DNA of 64,000 nt from Sedimentisphaerales bacterium (lineage in GTDB: Bacteria; Planctomycetota; Phycisphaerae; Sedimentisphaerales; SM23-30). A program made the position numbers and the translations under genes. The notes under the pieces were generated by a model. The model was given only the letters and a program-made list of their open reading frames with translations, searched no databases and was not told where the DNA came from. The stretch lies in the NCBI GenBank assembly GCA_963663805.2, contig CAXXMR010000013.1:448001-512000 (forward strand), in the 5' to 3' direction. Every line of letters starts with the position of its first letter. Within the stretch, counting starts at the first letter, position 1. Of the stretch, positions 40,425-50,675 are shown in pieces.

Positions 40425-41177
40425 ATGTTCAACAGAAGAATTGGTTTGGTATTTGTTTTAGTTTTTGTGGTGATGATTTCTGGTGCGTGGGCGACCGCGA
40501 CATCTAATAGTACAGCCCAGATGGGCTGGCCTGTTTCGATTGCTGGTCCGACCGATTGGCATTCAAAAAAAAGTGCCTCTGGGGCCTCGGCCTGGGCCGG
40601 TGGTGATGGTGAGATGAACGATGACATCATGCCCAGCTGGGCCAATACACAGGTGAGTTCATACGCAGCCGGTTTCGCATCAGGAACTGCCCATGCCAGC
40701 TCTGTGGAGTTGTATGAATCGGTTACGGCTACGGTCGGCGGCATTGGGGGAACCTATGAAGCCTTTGCCGACGCCATTGCCCGCCGTGACGGTTTTTTTG
40801 TCGCTGGTTACTCCGGATGGGTGACGGCATCTTCGTTCTGTTCTCTTTGCCAGAATCTTACCACAGAATTAGTTGGTGAGACTGCTGATGGTTCATCGGT
40901 GGCGACTTTATATCTGGTAAATGCGACAACTTCGGAGTTTAGTGTGAGCTCTGACGAAATGACCAATTCTGTTGCCGATGGCAATACTTTCATTGACTCC
41001 AGAAACGGCGCACTCAGTGTCTCTGTGTGGTTTAATCAGGGCGATGAAGGCTACTTTCTCTCTGAAGTAAGTAATTTTGCGGCTGCGACCATGGTCCCAG
41101 AGCCGTTAAGTCTCAGCTTGCTATTTGGCGGGACAACGCTGTTTTTTTTGCGTAACAGACGTAAAAACTCCTGCTAA
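40425..41177 (+). CDS. PEP-CTERM sorting-domain surface protein
   Basis: Signal peptide, S/A/T-rich body, then VPEP, a hydrophobic helix and a basic tail (RNRRK). Confidence 0.88.
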   Translation: MFNRRIGLVFVLVFVVMISGAWATATSNSTAQMGWPVSIAGPTDWHSKKSASGASAWAGGDGEMNDDIMPSWANTQVSSYAAGFASGTAHASSVELYESVTATVGGIGGTYEAFADAIARRDGFFVAGYSGWVTASSFCSLCQNLTTELVGETADGSSVATLYLVNATTSEFSVSSDEMTNSVADGNTFIDSRNGALSVSVWFNQGDEGYFLSEVSNFAAATMVPEPLSLSLLFGGTTLFFLRNRRKNSC

Positions 41178-42991
41178 AACATCATCTGTTCACTGAATAT
41201 ATTCTGGAAATCGGTTCGTCCGGCCAGCTCGATATATTCCAGGAATTTGCCCAGTTCCTCGGCATGTTTGCGGGCCTGACGAGACAGGAGTGCCTGTTTT
41301 GCTCCGGTGCTGGCGGCGTTACCGACGAACTGGATTTTTTCCAGGGGCAAATTTGGTATCAGGCCGATACGCCGAGCGGATTCGGGTCTGATATAGTTAC
41401 CGAAGGCGCCGGCCAGGTAAAGATTGTCTACCTGATTCAGCGTTATTCCGAATTCGTTCATCAAGGTTGTAATTCCGGCGGCGATGGCAGCTTTGGCAAG
41501 CTGGGCTTCGCGGACATCACGCTGGGTCAAGAGCACTTCCTGGTTATGTTTGCTTTGTTCAGCCGTCGCCAGGACAAAGGCTGGTTTGTCGTCATGTTTA
41601 ATCAGGCGTTCTTTAAGTGATTGGGGGATATTCGCGGGCAGTTCGTCCAGGTCCAGCATACGACCGGTATCGGCTATGATGCCGACGTTTAGCAGTTCCG
41701 CCAGAGCGTCGATAAGGCCGCTGCCGCAGATTCCGGTGGGAGGCACGCCGCCGATTACCGTGATGTGGACCTGGCCATCTTCGATATGAACCCGTTCGAT
41801 GGCGCCTGCGGCCCCGCGTATGCCCTGAGCGATGCGGGCACCTTCAAAGGCCGGCCCTGCCGCGGTCGAGCAGGTCAGCAGCCGCTGGGAATTACCCAGA
41901 ATAAGTTCGCCGTTAGTGCCGATGTCCAGGGCTAGATTGATTTGGCTGCTATGCCGCATGGCGGTAGCCAGCCCCACTGCGACGGTATCGCCGCCGACAT
42001 GGGCTGCCACACTGGGCATGACATAGACATTGGCTTCAGGGTGAATATCAAGACCCAGAGATGCTGCCGGTACATTAACCGCCGATGATACCGCCGATAC
42101 ATAAGGTGCCTGAGCAATCTGTTCGACCGGCAGGCCGAGCAGGATATGCTGCATGGTAGCGTTACCCGCGGCGGTAAGTTCGTAAATCTGCCAGGGTTTG
42201 ATAACAGATTTTTCGCAGAGATTAGCGATGAGCTGGTTCAGGCCGTTTATGATGCGTCTTTGCAATTGTTCCAGCCCGTCCGGGTTTTGCGCCGAATAAT
42301 CGATTCGGCTGATAACATCATCGCCGAAGGTCACTTGCGGATTGGTCTGGCTGGCAATGGCGATGGTTTTACCGGTTTGCAAGTTAATAAGACTGGCTAC
42401 TACCGTAGTAGTGCCCACATCAACGGCGACACCGTGAAGATTTTGGGTTGTATCGCCCGGTTCCAGAGCGAAAACACTTCCGTCATGACAAACAGTGGTA
42501 AGGGCATAACTGTGATTGCGATAGATTGAGGGTAGTTTTTTTAATAATTGCCATGTTATTGTGGTTGTCCCAGATGAAGTGCCCGCATGGTTGTGGCAGG
42601 TGTGATGCTGAGCTTGCGAATTGTCGTTTACCGCGTCAATCAGACGGTCGGCGTCACTGCGCAGGTTGTCCAGAGTCGGCTCGGTGATATTTACATAATG
42701 CTTGCAGACCAGCGGGTCTATGCGGTCGAGGTTGTCGATACCTTCCTGAAGAATTTTCTGCTCGAAAAACCTCGAAGTATCGGGAATGGTAACAATCATA
42801 TCACGGTCAGCCCTGGTCTGGCAGGCCCGAACCAGCCGGCCTTCCACCTCTACCATGCATTTGTTACAGGTTCCCGCACCGCCGCACACCGCGTTGATGA
42901 TAATCCCGGCTCGTTCTGCGGCCTCCAGCAAGGTCATGGGTTCGGAGATGTGAATTTTATTGCCGTCAGGCTCGAATCGTATTTCAAACAT
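41174..42991 (-). CDS. [2Fe-2S]-ASKHA protein (RACo/DUF4445 corrinoid reductive activase family)
   Basis: N-terminal CGGAGTCNKC..AC; DVGTTTV, GDDVISRI, DIGTNGE, AAGPAFEG, GICGSG, QLAKAA, LAGAFG. Confidence 0.88.
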   Translation of the reverse strand: MFEIRFEPDGNKIHISEPMTLLEAAERAGIIINAVCGGAGTCNKCMVEVEGRLVRACQTRADRDMIVTIPDTSRFFEQKILQEGIDNLDRIDPLVCKHYVNITEPTLDNLRSDADRLIDAVNDNSQAQHHTCHNHAGTSSGTTTITWQLLKKLPSIYRNHSYALTTVCHDGSVFALEPGDTTQNLHGVAVDVGTTTVVASLINLQTGKTIAIASQTNPQVTFGDDVISRIDYSAQNPDGLEQLQRRIINGLNQLIANLCEKSVIKPWQIYELTAAGNATMQHILLGLPVEQIAQAPYVSAVSSAVNVPAASLGLDIHPEANVYVMPSVAAHVGGDTVAVGLATAMRHSSQINLALDIGTNGELILGNSQRLLTCSTAAGPAFEGARIAQGIRGAAGAIERVHIEDGQVHITVIGGVPPTGICGSGLIDALAELLNVGIIADTGRMLDLDELPANIPQSLKERLIKHDDKPAFVLATAEQSKHNQEVLLTQRDVREAQLAKAAIAAGITTLMNEFGITLNQVDNLYLAGAFGNYIRPESARRIGLIPNLPLEKIQFVGNAASTGAKQALLSRQARKHAEELGKFLEYIELAGRTDFQNIFSEQMMF

Positions 42992-43001
42992 GGTATTTTC
43001 C

Positions 43002-43577
43002 CTATTGTTTTCCCAGTTCGGCATGATGAATAATATGGTAATCAGGCCCGCCCCGGCCCAACACGCTTTCAAAAATCGTGATAGTATTTACTCCCTGTAC
43101 GCCCACATCAAAATCTTTAACTTCTTTTATGGCCGCCGCGACCGACCTGCCTTTTTTCGGGTCTTTGATACGTGCCAGGGTCAGATGAGGACTGTAGGCC
43201 CTAACCTCACGGTCGAAGCCCGCCCCGCCCAGTTCAATATCGAGTGCTTCGTGCAGCGAACGCAATTCATTGACATTTTCGGTAGTTCCCGTCCAAATTA
43301 CCCGTGCCGCACCGTCAGACGGAAAACAGCCGCACCCGCCAATCTCAAAATCAAACGGGTCGAACCTGCCCGCTGTAGCGCTAACCACATTGCACACATC
43401 CATGAGACGGTAGTCCTCGACCTCGCCCAGAAATTTCAACGTAAGGTGGATTAGCTCCGGCTTCATCCATTTGATACCATGTGCTCCCAAACGAGCATCC
43501 ATCTGCAAGCGAGACTGGAAGCGGCCCAGCCGATTCTGAATCTGTTCATCCAGTTTGATAGCTACAAAGCAGCGCAT
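43002..43577 (-). CDS. thpR: RNA 2',3'-cyclic phosphodiesterase (2H phosphoesterase)
   Basis: MRCFVAI and two HxT motifs (HLTLKFLG, PHLTLAR). Confidence 0.92.
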   Translation of the reverse strand: MRCFVAIKLDEQIQNRLGRFQSRLQMDARLGAHGIKWMKPELIHLTLKFLGEVEDYRLMDVCNVVSATAGRFDPFDFEIGGCGCFPSDGAARVIWTGTTENVNELRSLHEALDIELGGAGFDREVRAYSPHLTLARIKDPKKGRSVAAAIKEVKDFDVGVQGVNTITIFESVLGRGGPDYHIIHHAELGKQ

Positions 43578-43675
43578 TAAAACCTCATCAATAATCACAA
43601 AATCATCACCATTTGTAGTTGGTGATTATATGTTGGCTGGCCCCGGTATGCAAATGAAGGTTTTGAGTGATTATC

Positions 43676-43704
43676 TTGACCGGTGGGGGGGATTGTGCTA
43701 ACCT
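43676..43704 (+). promoter_or_regulatory. Sigma70-type promoter candidate for thrC-dapB
   Basis: TTGACC-17 nt-TAACCT with a TG extended -10. Confidence 0.5.
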
Positions 43705-43771
43705 TTGGGGCTGTTTGAGGTTGCGAATAAAAACATGTGCTTTATGGTGCCCAAATCCGGAGATTTAAAAA

Positions 43772-45115
43772 GTGAGTGACGCCAGGTTTCAAAGATGCAT
43801 AAATCGCAGCTGTAAGGCAACTTACGGTGTTGACGAGAGTATGTTTGCCTGTCCTGCCTGCGGTGGGCTGTTGGACGTTGTCTATGACTGGAATCAACTG
43901 ACGGTGCCCGACTCGCTCAAATGGTTCGAGAAACGGTGGTCGAGCCGCTCGAATAATCTGGATTTTTCCGGGGTATGGCGTTTTCGTGATTTGCTGCCTT
44001 TCTGTGCTGAGCAATATTGTGCGACGGTGGGCGAGGGCCAGACGATTTTGCAGCAGAACGACGGGGCCGGCGAGTATGTCGATTCGCATAAAGGAAATGT
44101 TTATCTTCAATATGAGGGGATGAATCCCAGCGGCTCTTTCAAAGATAACGGCATGGCGGCGGCTTTCAGTCACGCCCAGATGGTCGGGGCACAGAATGTT
44201 GCCTGTGCTTCCACCGGCAATACTTCGGCTTCGGTGGCATTATACGCTCACGCCTGCGGGATGAAGTGTACGGTGTTTATCGGGTCGGGGCGGATTGCCT
44301 ATGGCAAGCTGTCGCAGGCGCTGGATTATGGGGCGCAGACTATACAGATATTTGGGGATTTTGATGACTGTATGAGGCGGGTGCAGCAGGTTTGTAAGGA
44401 GATGGGGCTTTATCTGATGAACTCGCTGAACCCCTTCCGGTTGGAAGGCCAAAAGACGATTATGTTCCGCGTGCTCGAAGCTCTCAACTGGGAAGTGCCC
44501 GACTGGATCGTCGTGCCCGGCGGAAATCTGGGCAACAGCAGCTCTTTTGGCAAGGCCTTTGCTGAGTTGAAAGAACTCGGTCTTATAGACCGTATTCCGC
44601 GGCTGGCGGTAATTAATGCTACCGGTGCGAATACTCTGTACGATCTTTATGAAAATCAGGGTGCTCGTTATGTTGACGGCGTAGTGGATGAAGCCAAGAT
44701 AGATGCTTATTACGATAAACTGAACGCGGAGAATTACCGGCCCTCTACGGTTGCTACGGCGATTGAGATTTCGCGGCCTGTTAATCTGAAAAAATGCCTG
44801 CGGGCTTTGAGTGTTTGCAATGGTGTGGTACGTGAAGTTTCCGATGAACAAATCGTCGAAGCCAAAGCCGTAGTAGGCCGTCACGGTCTGGGCTGTGAGC
44901 CCGCATCGGGCGCTTCAGTAGCGGGTCTGAAGCTCTTACGCAGCGAAGGTGTAATCGACGCCGATGAACGCGTGGTTTGCATTCTAACCGGCCATCAGCT
45001 CAAGGACCCCAACGTCACCGTAAATTACCATAAGGATAATCAGGGCAGGTTCTCCAACAGCCCGACCGAAGTGGAAAACGATATTGATAAGATTATTAAA
45101 CTACTGAAGGGCTGA
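43772..45115 (+). CDS. thrC: Threonine synthase
   Basis: N-terminal Cys motif, NPSGSFKD (PLP lysine), [31 protein letters not shown]. Confidence 0.93.
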   Translation: MSDARFQRCINRSCKATYGVDESMFACPACGGLLDVVYDWNQLTVPDSLKWFEKRWSSRSNNLDFSGVWRFRDLLPFCAEQYCATVGEGQTILQQNDGAGEYVDSHKGNVYLQYEGMNPSGSFKDNGMAAAFSHAQMVGAQNVACASTGNTSASVALYAHACGMKCTVFIGSGRIAYGKLSQALDYGAQTIQIFGDFDDCMRRVQQVCKEMGLYLMNSLNPFRLEGQKTIMFRVLEALNWEVPDWIVVPGGNLGNSSSFGKAFAELKELGLIDRIPRLAVINATGANTLYDLYENQGARYVDGVVDEAKIDAYYDKLNAENYRPSTVATAIEISRPVNLKKCLRALSVCNGVVREVSDEQIVEAKAVVGRHGLGCEPASGASVAGLKLLRSEGVIDADERVVCILTGHQLKDPNVTVNYHKDNQGRFSNSPTEVENDIDKIIKLLKG

Positions 45116-45148
45116 GTCGAGGTAGTTGAAGAAGCTAAGGATTTTGTT

Positions 45149-45940
45149 ATGATTAAGCTGGCGATTGCAGGTGCCTGCGGACGGATGGGGCGGCGTCTGG
45201 TGGCGCTTTCGCACGAGGATAATGACTTTACTCTTGCCGCCGCTCTGGAAAATACCGGTGTGCCTTTGCTGGGTCAGGATGCCGGCACTATCGCCGGAAT
45301 CGGTGAGCTGGGCGTGGCGGTTACTGAAGATTTACAGAGTTCATCCGAGGTGATGATAGATTTTACTCTGCCCGAAGCTGCCGGCAAATGGTCGAAAATC
45401 TGTGTAGACCATAAAGTTCCGCTGGTAGTGGGTACGACCGGCCTGGGTGATAAGGAAGTGGCTCTGCTGGAACAAGCCTCCACAAAAATCCCGGTCCTTA
45501 TCGGTTCCAATATGAGTTTAGGCGTCAATCTCCTTTTCCGTCTGGTAGCCGAAGTCGCCGAAAAACTCAACGATAGTTACGATATCGAAATAGTCGAATA
45601 TCATCATAGATTCAAACGTGATGCCCCCAGCGGCACAGCTTTGAGCCTGGCTAAACATATCGCCCAAGCCAAAGGCTGGGATTTGAAGAAATGTTTGCAG
45701 CATGGCCGAGAAGGCCGCGACGCTCTGCGTGAGGAAAACACTATTGGTATGCACGCCGTACGCGGCGGCGACATCGTAGGCCAGCATAATATCACATATT
45801 CAACTCTGGGCGAAACCATAGAACTACGCCACACTGCCACCAGCCGCGACACCTTCGTAAGAGGAGCCCTCCACGCCGCCAAATGGATCGTGGACAAAAC
45901 CCCGAGCCTTTACAGTATGTTTGATGTGCTGGGGCTGTGA
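45149..45940 (+). CDS. dapB: 4-hydroxy-tetrahydrodipicolinate reductase
   Basis: GACGRMG, IDFT, GTTG, NMSLGVN, EYHHRFKRDAPSGTA. Confidence 0.96.
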   Translation: MIKLAIAGACGRMGRRLVALSHEDNDFTLAAALENTGVPLLGQDAGTIAGIGELGVAVTEDLQSSSEVMIDFTLPEAAGKWSKICVDHKVPLVVGTTGLGDKEVALLEQASTKIPVLIGSNMSLGVNLLFRLVAEVAEKLNDSYDIEIVEYHHRFKRDAPSGTALSLAKHIAQAKGWDLKKCLQHGREGRDALREENTIGMHAVRGGDIVGQHNITYSTLGETIELRHTATSRDTFVRGALHAAKWIVDKTPSLYSMFDVLGL

Positions 45941-46061
45941 CGCGCAGCGTGCTGATGGTTTGGTATTTGCGGTTAAAATGTGTTTTGGTTTTTGGGTTGG
46001 AGGCAAAGATGGAGCGGGATTTGGCCGATAAGCCGTTTATGAACATGTTGTTACATGGAGC

Positions 46062-46090
46062 TTGACTTTGTAGGCCGCTGAGGTGACAAT
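46062..46090 (+). promoter_or_regulatory. Sigma70-type promoter candidate
   Basis: TTGACT-17 nt-GACAAT. Confidence 0.45.
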
Positions 46091-46205
46091 GTGGGCTTGT
46101 GTAGATTTAGAGAATCGTGGGCTGAGGCGTTTATGCGAAAGCGGGGCCGGCCGACGGTGATTTATCGGACGCATGTGTCCGAAAGTTAAACAGAGAAAGG
46201 CAGAT

Positions 46206-46979
46206 ATGAAATCCGAAGAACGTCATCACCTAAAGACAAATGACCTGGCAGAAACTCTTGGTCATATTCCGGAATACATTAAGCAGTATGGTTCACAGGC
46301 ACTTACGATTGTTATTGTGTTGTTGATAATACTGGTTGGTTATTCGTGGTACAACCGGGTTTCGACGGCTAATGCGGTTCAGCGTCAGGGTCGGTTGCAG
46401 GAGCTTCTGGGTTCGCCGGACCAGCTTCAGCAACAGGCGATACGTCATGCAATGGCTCAGGACTCAGGTGAGGCTGTGGATTTGGATACTCTGGAAGGTT
46501 ACAGCACCGAGACGCTCAAACGCGGTCTGGCGGAACTGACCGACGATGCCGCAGGTACTCCGGTCGGTGCCAAAGCTCTGCTGACTCAGGCTGATACGGT
46601 TCGTTCGGAGCTGTATTTTTCCGACAAGGAAATTTCTGACGCTGAGAAAGCCCAGACGCTGAGTTCGGCGGAACAGTTGTACAACCGAGCGCTGCGTGAA
46701 TATTTCTCCGATACCAACTCGGTGCTGGCGGCCAAGCTGGGGCTGGCAATGGTGGCTGAGGACAAGGGCCAGTGGGATGTGGCCCGGGCTATCTATGAAG
46801 AAATCGTCAATGAGCAGGATTGCCGCTATGCGGGTTATCCCGGTGTTCTGGTAGCTGAGAGTCGGCTGGATCGTATGGCTGATTTTACGAACGCTCCGAC
46901 TCCGGTAGCGGTTGAAGTTCCGGCTGAGTTGCCGACGGAAACCGCGCCGGAGGCAGAGACTGAGCCTTCTGATGGCTGA
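46206..46979 (+). CDS. YfgM-like membrane-anchored TPR protein
   Basis: MKSEERHHLKTNDL, one TM segment, then TPR-like helices. Confidence 0.65.
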   Translation: MKSEERHHLKTNDLAETLGHIPEYIKQYGSQALTIVIVLLIILVGYSWYNRVSTANAVQRQGRLQELLGSPDQLQQQAIRHAMAQDSGEAVDLDTLEGYSTETLKRGLAELTDDAAGTPVGAKALLTQADTVRSELYFSDKEISDAEKAQTLSSAEQLYNRALREYFSDTNSVLAAKLGLAMVAEDKGQWDVARAIYEEIVNEQDCRYAGYPGVLVAESRLDRMADFTNAPTPVAVEVPAELPTETAPEAETEPSDG

Positions 46980-48093
46980 TGAAAAGGATTCGGTAGAATT
47001 TTCTGAGCAGGCTCGGTCTGAGTCTGAAGATTCAGTTGAACTCGATGATGTCGAGGATGGTGAGATATCCGCGCAAACCGAGGAGGATGGGGCCGAACAT
47101 TCCACTCTGGTGATTCGTCGTTTGCTGCCTAATCGTCGTATAGATAAATATCTGCATCATCGTTTCCCGGAGGCTTCGCGTACGCTGATACAGAGGCTGA
47201 TAAAGGAAGAAGCGGTTACGGTTAATGACAAGCCGACCAAGGCGAGTTATCAGCTTAATCCGGGTGATAAGGTCGATATAATTCTGCCGCCGCCGGTGAC
47301 GACGGAGATACCGGGTGAAGATATACCGCTGAATATTATCTACGAAGATGAATATATGCTGGCGATTAACAAGCAGGCGGATTTGATAATTCATCCGGCG
47401 CGTGGCAATCGCAGCGGTACGATGGTTAATGCTCTGGTTCATTATTCGAATTCTTTGTCGATGGTAAACGGCGACTTTCGGCCGGGAATTGTGCATCGGC
47501 TGGACCGTAATACTACGGGGGTTATTGTGGTAGCCAAGACTGATACAGCTCATTGGCGGCTGGCTCATCAGTTTGAACATCGGCTGACGCGTAAGCAGTA
47601 TGTGGCGGTGGTGCACGGCACGATGGATTTAGATTCTGATTTGATTGATGTACCTTTGGGTCGTCATCCGCGGGTGCGGGAGAAGTACGCGGCCCGGCCT
47701 GACTCCGGCAAGGAAGCGGTGACGGTTTATGAGGTGATGCGGCAGTATCAGGGTTATGCTTTGATGCGTCTGAAGCCGCGGACGGGGCGTACGCATCAGC
47801 TGCGGGTACATATGAGTATTTCAAAACATCCTATTGTCAGCGATACGATGTATGGCGGCAAGACGATGACGCTGGCGCAGCTGGTGGGGGACTGCGACCG
47901 GCCGGGGCCGGGTGAGCCGGGTGGTGAGTTGGGCGATGATGATATTGTTATCGACCGGCAGGCACTACATGCCGAGCGGCTGGAGATTAGACATCCTATC
48001 AGCGGGGAAATGATGGAACTGGTGGCGCCTCTGCCGCCCGATATGCAGCAGTTGGTGGATTTGCTGGAACGCTATCGGTACGTGTCTCCTTAA
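46972..48093 (+). CDS. rluD: RluA/RluD-family pseudouridine synthase with S4 domain
   Basis: RIDKYL, INK.A.LIIHP, GIVHRLDRNTTG, TGRTHQLRVH, RQALHA. Confidence 0.92.
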   Translation: MADEKDSVEFSEQARSESEDSVELDDVEDGEISAQTEEDGAEHSTLVIRRLLPNRRIDKYLHHRFPEASRTLIQRLIKEEAVTVNDKPTKASYQLNPGDKVDIILPPPVTTEIPGEDIPLNIIYEDEYMLAINKQADLIIHPARGNRSGTMVNALVHYSNSLSMVNGDFRPGIVHRLDRNTTGVIVVAKTDTAHWRLAHQFEHRLTRKQYVAVVHGTMDLDSDLIDVPLGRHPRVREKYAARPDSGKEAVTVYEVMRQYQGYALMRLKPRTGRTHQLRVHMSISKHPIVSDTMYGGKTMTLAQLVGDCDRPGPGEPGGELGDDDIVIDRQALHAERLEIRHPISGEMMELVAPLPPDMQQLVDLLERYRYVSP

Positions 48094-48108
48094 ATGTCAG
48101 ATTTGGGA

Positions 48109-48327
48109 CTATGTTATAAAATAGCTTCTACCGGTGAGTTGTACTATTTCGGAATGGTGCAGGAAGCGATCCGGGATGGCGGTGGCTGAGCGGTACATCG
48201 CCGAGTAGTTTGCCCAGTCTTCCAGGGGGTGGTTGCTGGTCATGATTGTTGAACGAACCTCGTACTGCCGCATGATAACTTCAAAAAGATACTCTCCGCT
48301 ATTTCGAGGCAATTGTTTCATGCCTAT
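48109..48327 (-). pseudogene. istB: C-terminal fragment of an IS21-family IstB ATPase
   Basis: GMKQLP..SGEYLFEVIMR.YE.RSTIMTSN.PLEDW...ATAI.DRFLHH.EI..LTGRSY. A compensated internal frameshift hides GKLLGDVP. Confidence 0.85.
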
Positions 48328-49093
48328 AACGGCACCGATTGCCGAGGAGGTAGTGGTTGTAGCTTTTTAGGTCGGGGCCGAAGTCACGGGGTTGGTGTTT
48401 TACTGAGGCATCGAACAGGGCCAGGTTGGTTTTCTGATTGTGGAAACGAAACAAATATGGGTACGGGGCGTTCAGGTTGTCGGGATGATACAGGTTCCAT
48501 TCTCGTACCATGGTTTGGCAATGGTCCATAAAATACAGAGCGGCATCAGGTTTGCGAATGGTGGTGAGTTTCAGAGCGCCGTGGATATTCCAGCAGATGT
48601 TGTCCGGTAACGAATTACTGAACTGCCACTGATTGTTTGAGGTGGCGGTGCGGAGAGATGGGCCGGGCCATTGCTGGTTGGGCGGGGCGTTTACGGCCCA
48701 CTGGTTGACGGCGTAAGTTACCTTATTGTTTTTGGGCCAGGAACGGATATTAGCAAAAGTAACGGCTGGACAAAGCAAAATAAGGGACGCTGATGAGTCT
48801 GTCCCTATATAGGGATGGAGGGAGCCGGGATTGGGATTGTGTGGGGAGTTGGTTTCGGGGGCGTACCAGGAAGCGGGGACACACCAATCATCGTTATCTG
48901 AGGACCATAGAGAAGCGGCAAATGAAATCTGTTTGAGATTGTTGAGGCAAAAAACGGACTGGGCCACTTGGCGAGATTTGGAAAGGCTGGGTAGGAAGAT
49001 GGTACATAAAACGGAAACGAGGGCAGTTACAACAAGTGATTCAATCAGGGTGAACGCAACTTTAGCCCCAGGTCTGGGCCTGCCGCGACACAT
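48299..49093 (-). CDS. Prepilin-type N-terminal / H-X9-DG-like (DUF1559-like) protein
   Basis: A|FTLIE, LPSLSKSRQ.A..V.CLNNLKQI, and C-terminal H-NQKTNLALF-DA. Confidence 0.8.
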   Translation of the reverse strand: MCRGRPRPGAKVAFTLIESLVVTALVSVLCTIFLPSLSKSRQVAQSVFCLNNLKQISFAASLWSSDNDDWCVPASWYAPETNSPHNPNPGSLHPYIGTDSSASLILLCPAVTFANIRSWPKNNKVTYAVNQWAVNAPPNQQWPGPSLRTATSNNQWQFSNSLPDNICWNIHGALKLTTIRKPDAALYFMDHCQTMVREWNLYHPDNLNAPYPYLFRFHNQKTNLALFDASVKHQPRDFGPDLKSYNHYLLGNRCRYRHETIASK

Positions 49094-49337
49094 GGTACAA
49101 CTTTCCTCCAACAACTGGTATCCAAAACAACCGGACTCGTCCTTGTCCTTAGAGGATTATGAGAGTCATTGTACCAGATTCGGCAGGCCCAAATCAAGTC
49201 AGGGAGGCAAATTTAGTTCATAACGTCCTATAAAACATAGTGTTACAGTCTAAAAAAGCCCAGGCGGTTTGCAGAGCTTTATCCGCCTGTGCTGTATGGT
49301 TTACCCTGAACGGGTACCAAATACACGTTGGGAATCA

Positions 49338-50517
49338 TCAGGGAATATCGGCGAGGAAACGGCTGGTGAGGGGGTCGCCGGGGTTTAAGGATTGGGCTTT
49401 GGAGTAGAGTTGTTGGGCCTGTTGGGCCTGGCCGCGAGCCTGGAGGGTGCGGGCGAGCAGGCACAGGGCGAGCGGATTATCGCCGGCGGTGTCTATCATT
49501 TGACGCAGGTCGAGTTCGGCGCGAGCGTAGTCGGATTGCATAAGGGCGATGTAGCCGGAGAGCATGAGGGATTCGTTATCATGCTGGTCGATGGAAAGCG
49601 AGCGGTCAACCCAGGTACGAGCGTGGTCGAGGTCGTCGCGAGCCAGGGCGGGTCTGGGCTAATAAGGTCCAGAGAGCGGGGTTGTCGGGGTCGTGTTCGG
49701 CGACGAGTTGGAAGCAGCGTTGGGCGGCGTGGAACTGGCTGAGCTGCATACAACAGCGGCCGGCAGCTAAGCGAGAAGGCCAGGATTCCTGGGCGAGTGG
49801 GTCATTATCGATTTTATTGAATAATTTTAGCGCGGCGCGGTATTGACCTGTTTCGTAGAGGGCCAGGGCGAGGGTCTGGGAGATTTCGAGATTATCGGCA
49901 TCGACACGGGAGGCGGCCTGGTACATGTTAATCGCGGCGACGGTGTCGCCTCTGGTCTGAAGGATATGACCGGCGAGCATAAGGACCGAGGCATTGGGTG
50001 TCTGGTTTTCGATATGACTGCGGAGGATGTCGAGGGCGTAATCCTGTTTTTGCTGCTGGATGAGTGTTTCGGCCAGAGCGAGTAAATACGGGACATGGTT
50101 AGGTTTGATTTCCCAGGCCTGCTGATAATAATCGGCGGCAGCGGCGGTTTCGTTCCATCGCTGATATACCAATGCGATGTTGTAGCAGGCGGGCGCGTTT
50201 TGAGAATCATATTGCAGGCAGGTTTCAAAGGCGGCGAGTGCTTCGGCGAGGCGGTCCTGGTCGAGATAGATTTGGCCCTGCATTAGATAGGCAGGTGCGT
50301 ATTCGGGGTCGGACTCGAAAATCGGGGTGAGGGACTGGAGGGCTTTGTCGTATTGGCGTGATTCGAACTGGCGTTGAGCCAGGTCAACAGCAATGCGGGA
50401 ACGGGCGGCATTCCAGCGTTTTTCGGCGGCCTGAACGTTTTCGGGGTGGCGATTCTGACAGCCAACGGCTAACAGGGACAGTGATAATGTTAAAAGTATT
50501 AGGTATTTGGTTTTCAT
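49338..50517 (-). CDS. TPR lipoprotein (pilotin-like), split by a +1 frameshift near 49650
   Basis: Lipobox LAVGC and many TPRs. Removing one C gives QTALARDDLDHARTW..., which joins ORF 49338..49565. Confidence 0.78.
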
Positions 50518-50675
50518 ATTATTTTTGCTGCTCCAGACAGTTTCAAAGACATGTATCTGATTTAGATTTCTGCGACCCTTTGGAGGTATAAACAGGTAAA
50601 CATATTCCGGGCTTCATGGTCGGGCGTCCCCGGTACGGTGACCGGGGGCGCGTTGGCGACCATAAGGATTTTCTG

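Noticed and set aside
48095..49245. ACTATGTT(A/T)TA inverted pair as dif-like sites or IS ends flanking the prepilin insert
   Set aside because: The match is only 10 of 11 bp in AT-rich DNA, and the XerC-like arms are unconvincing.
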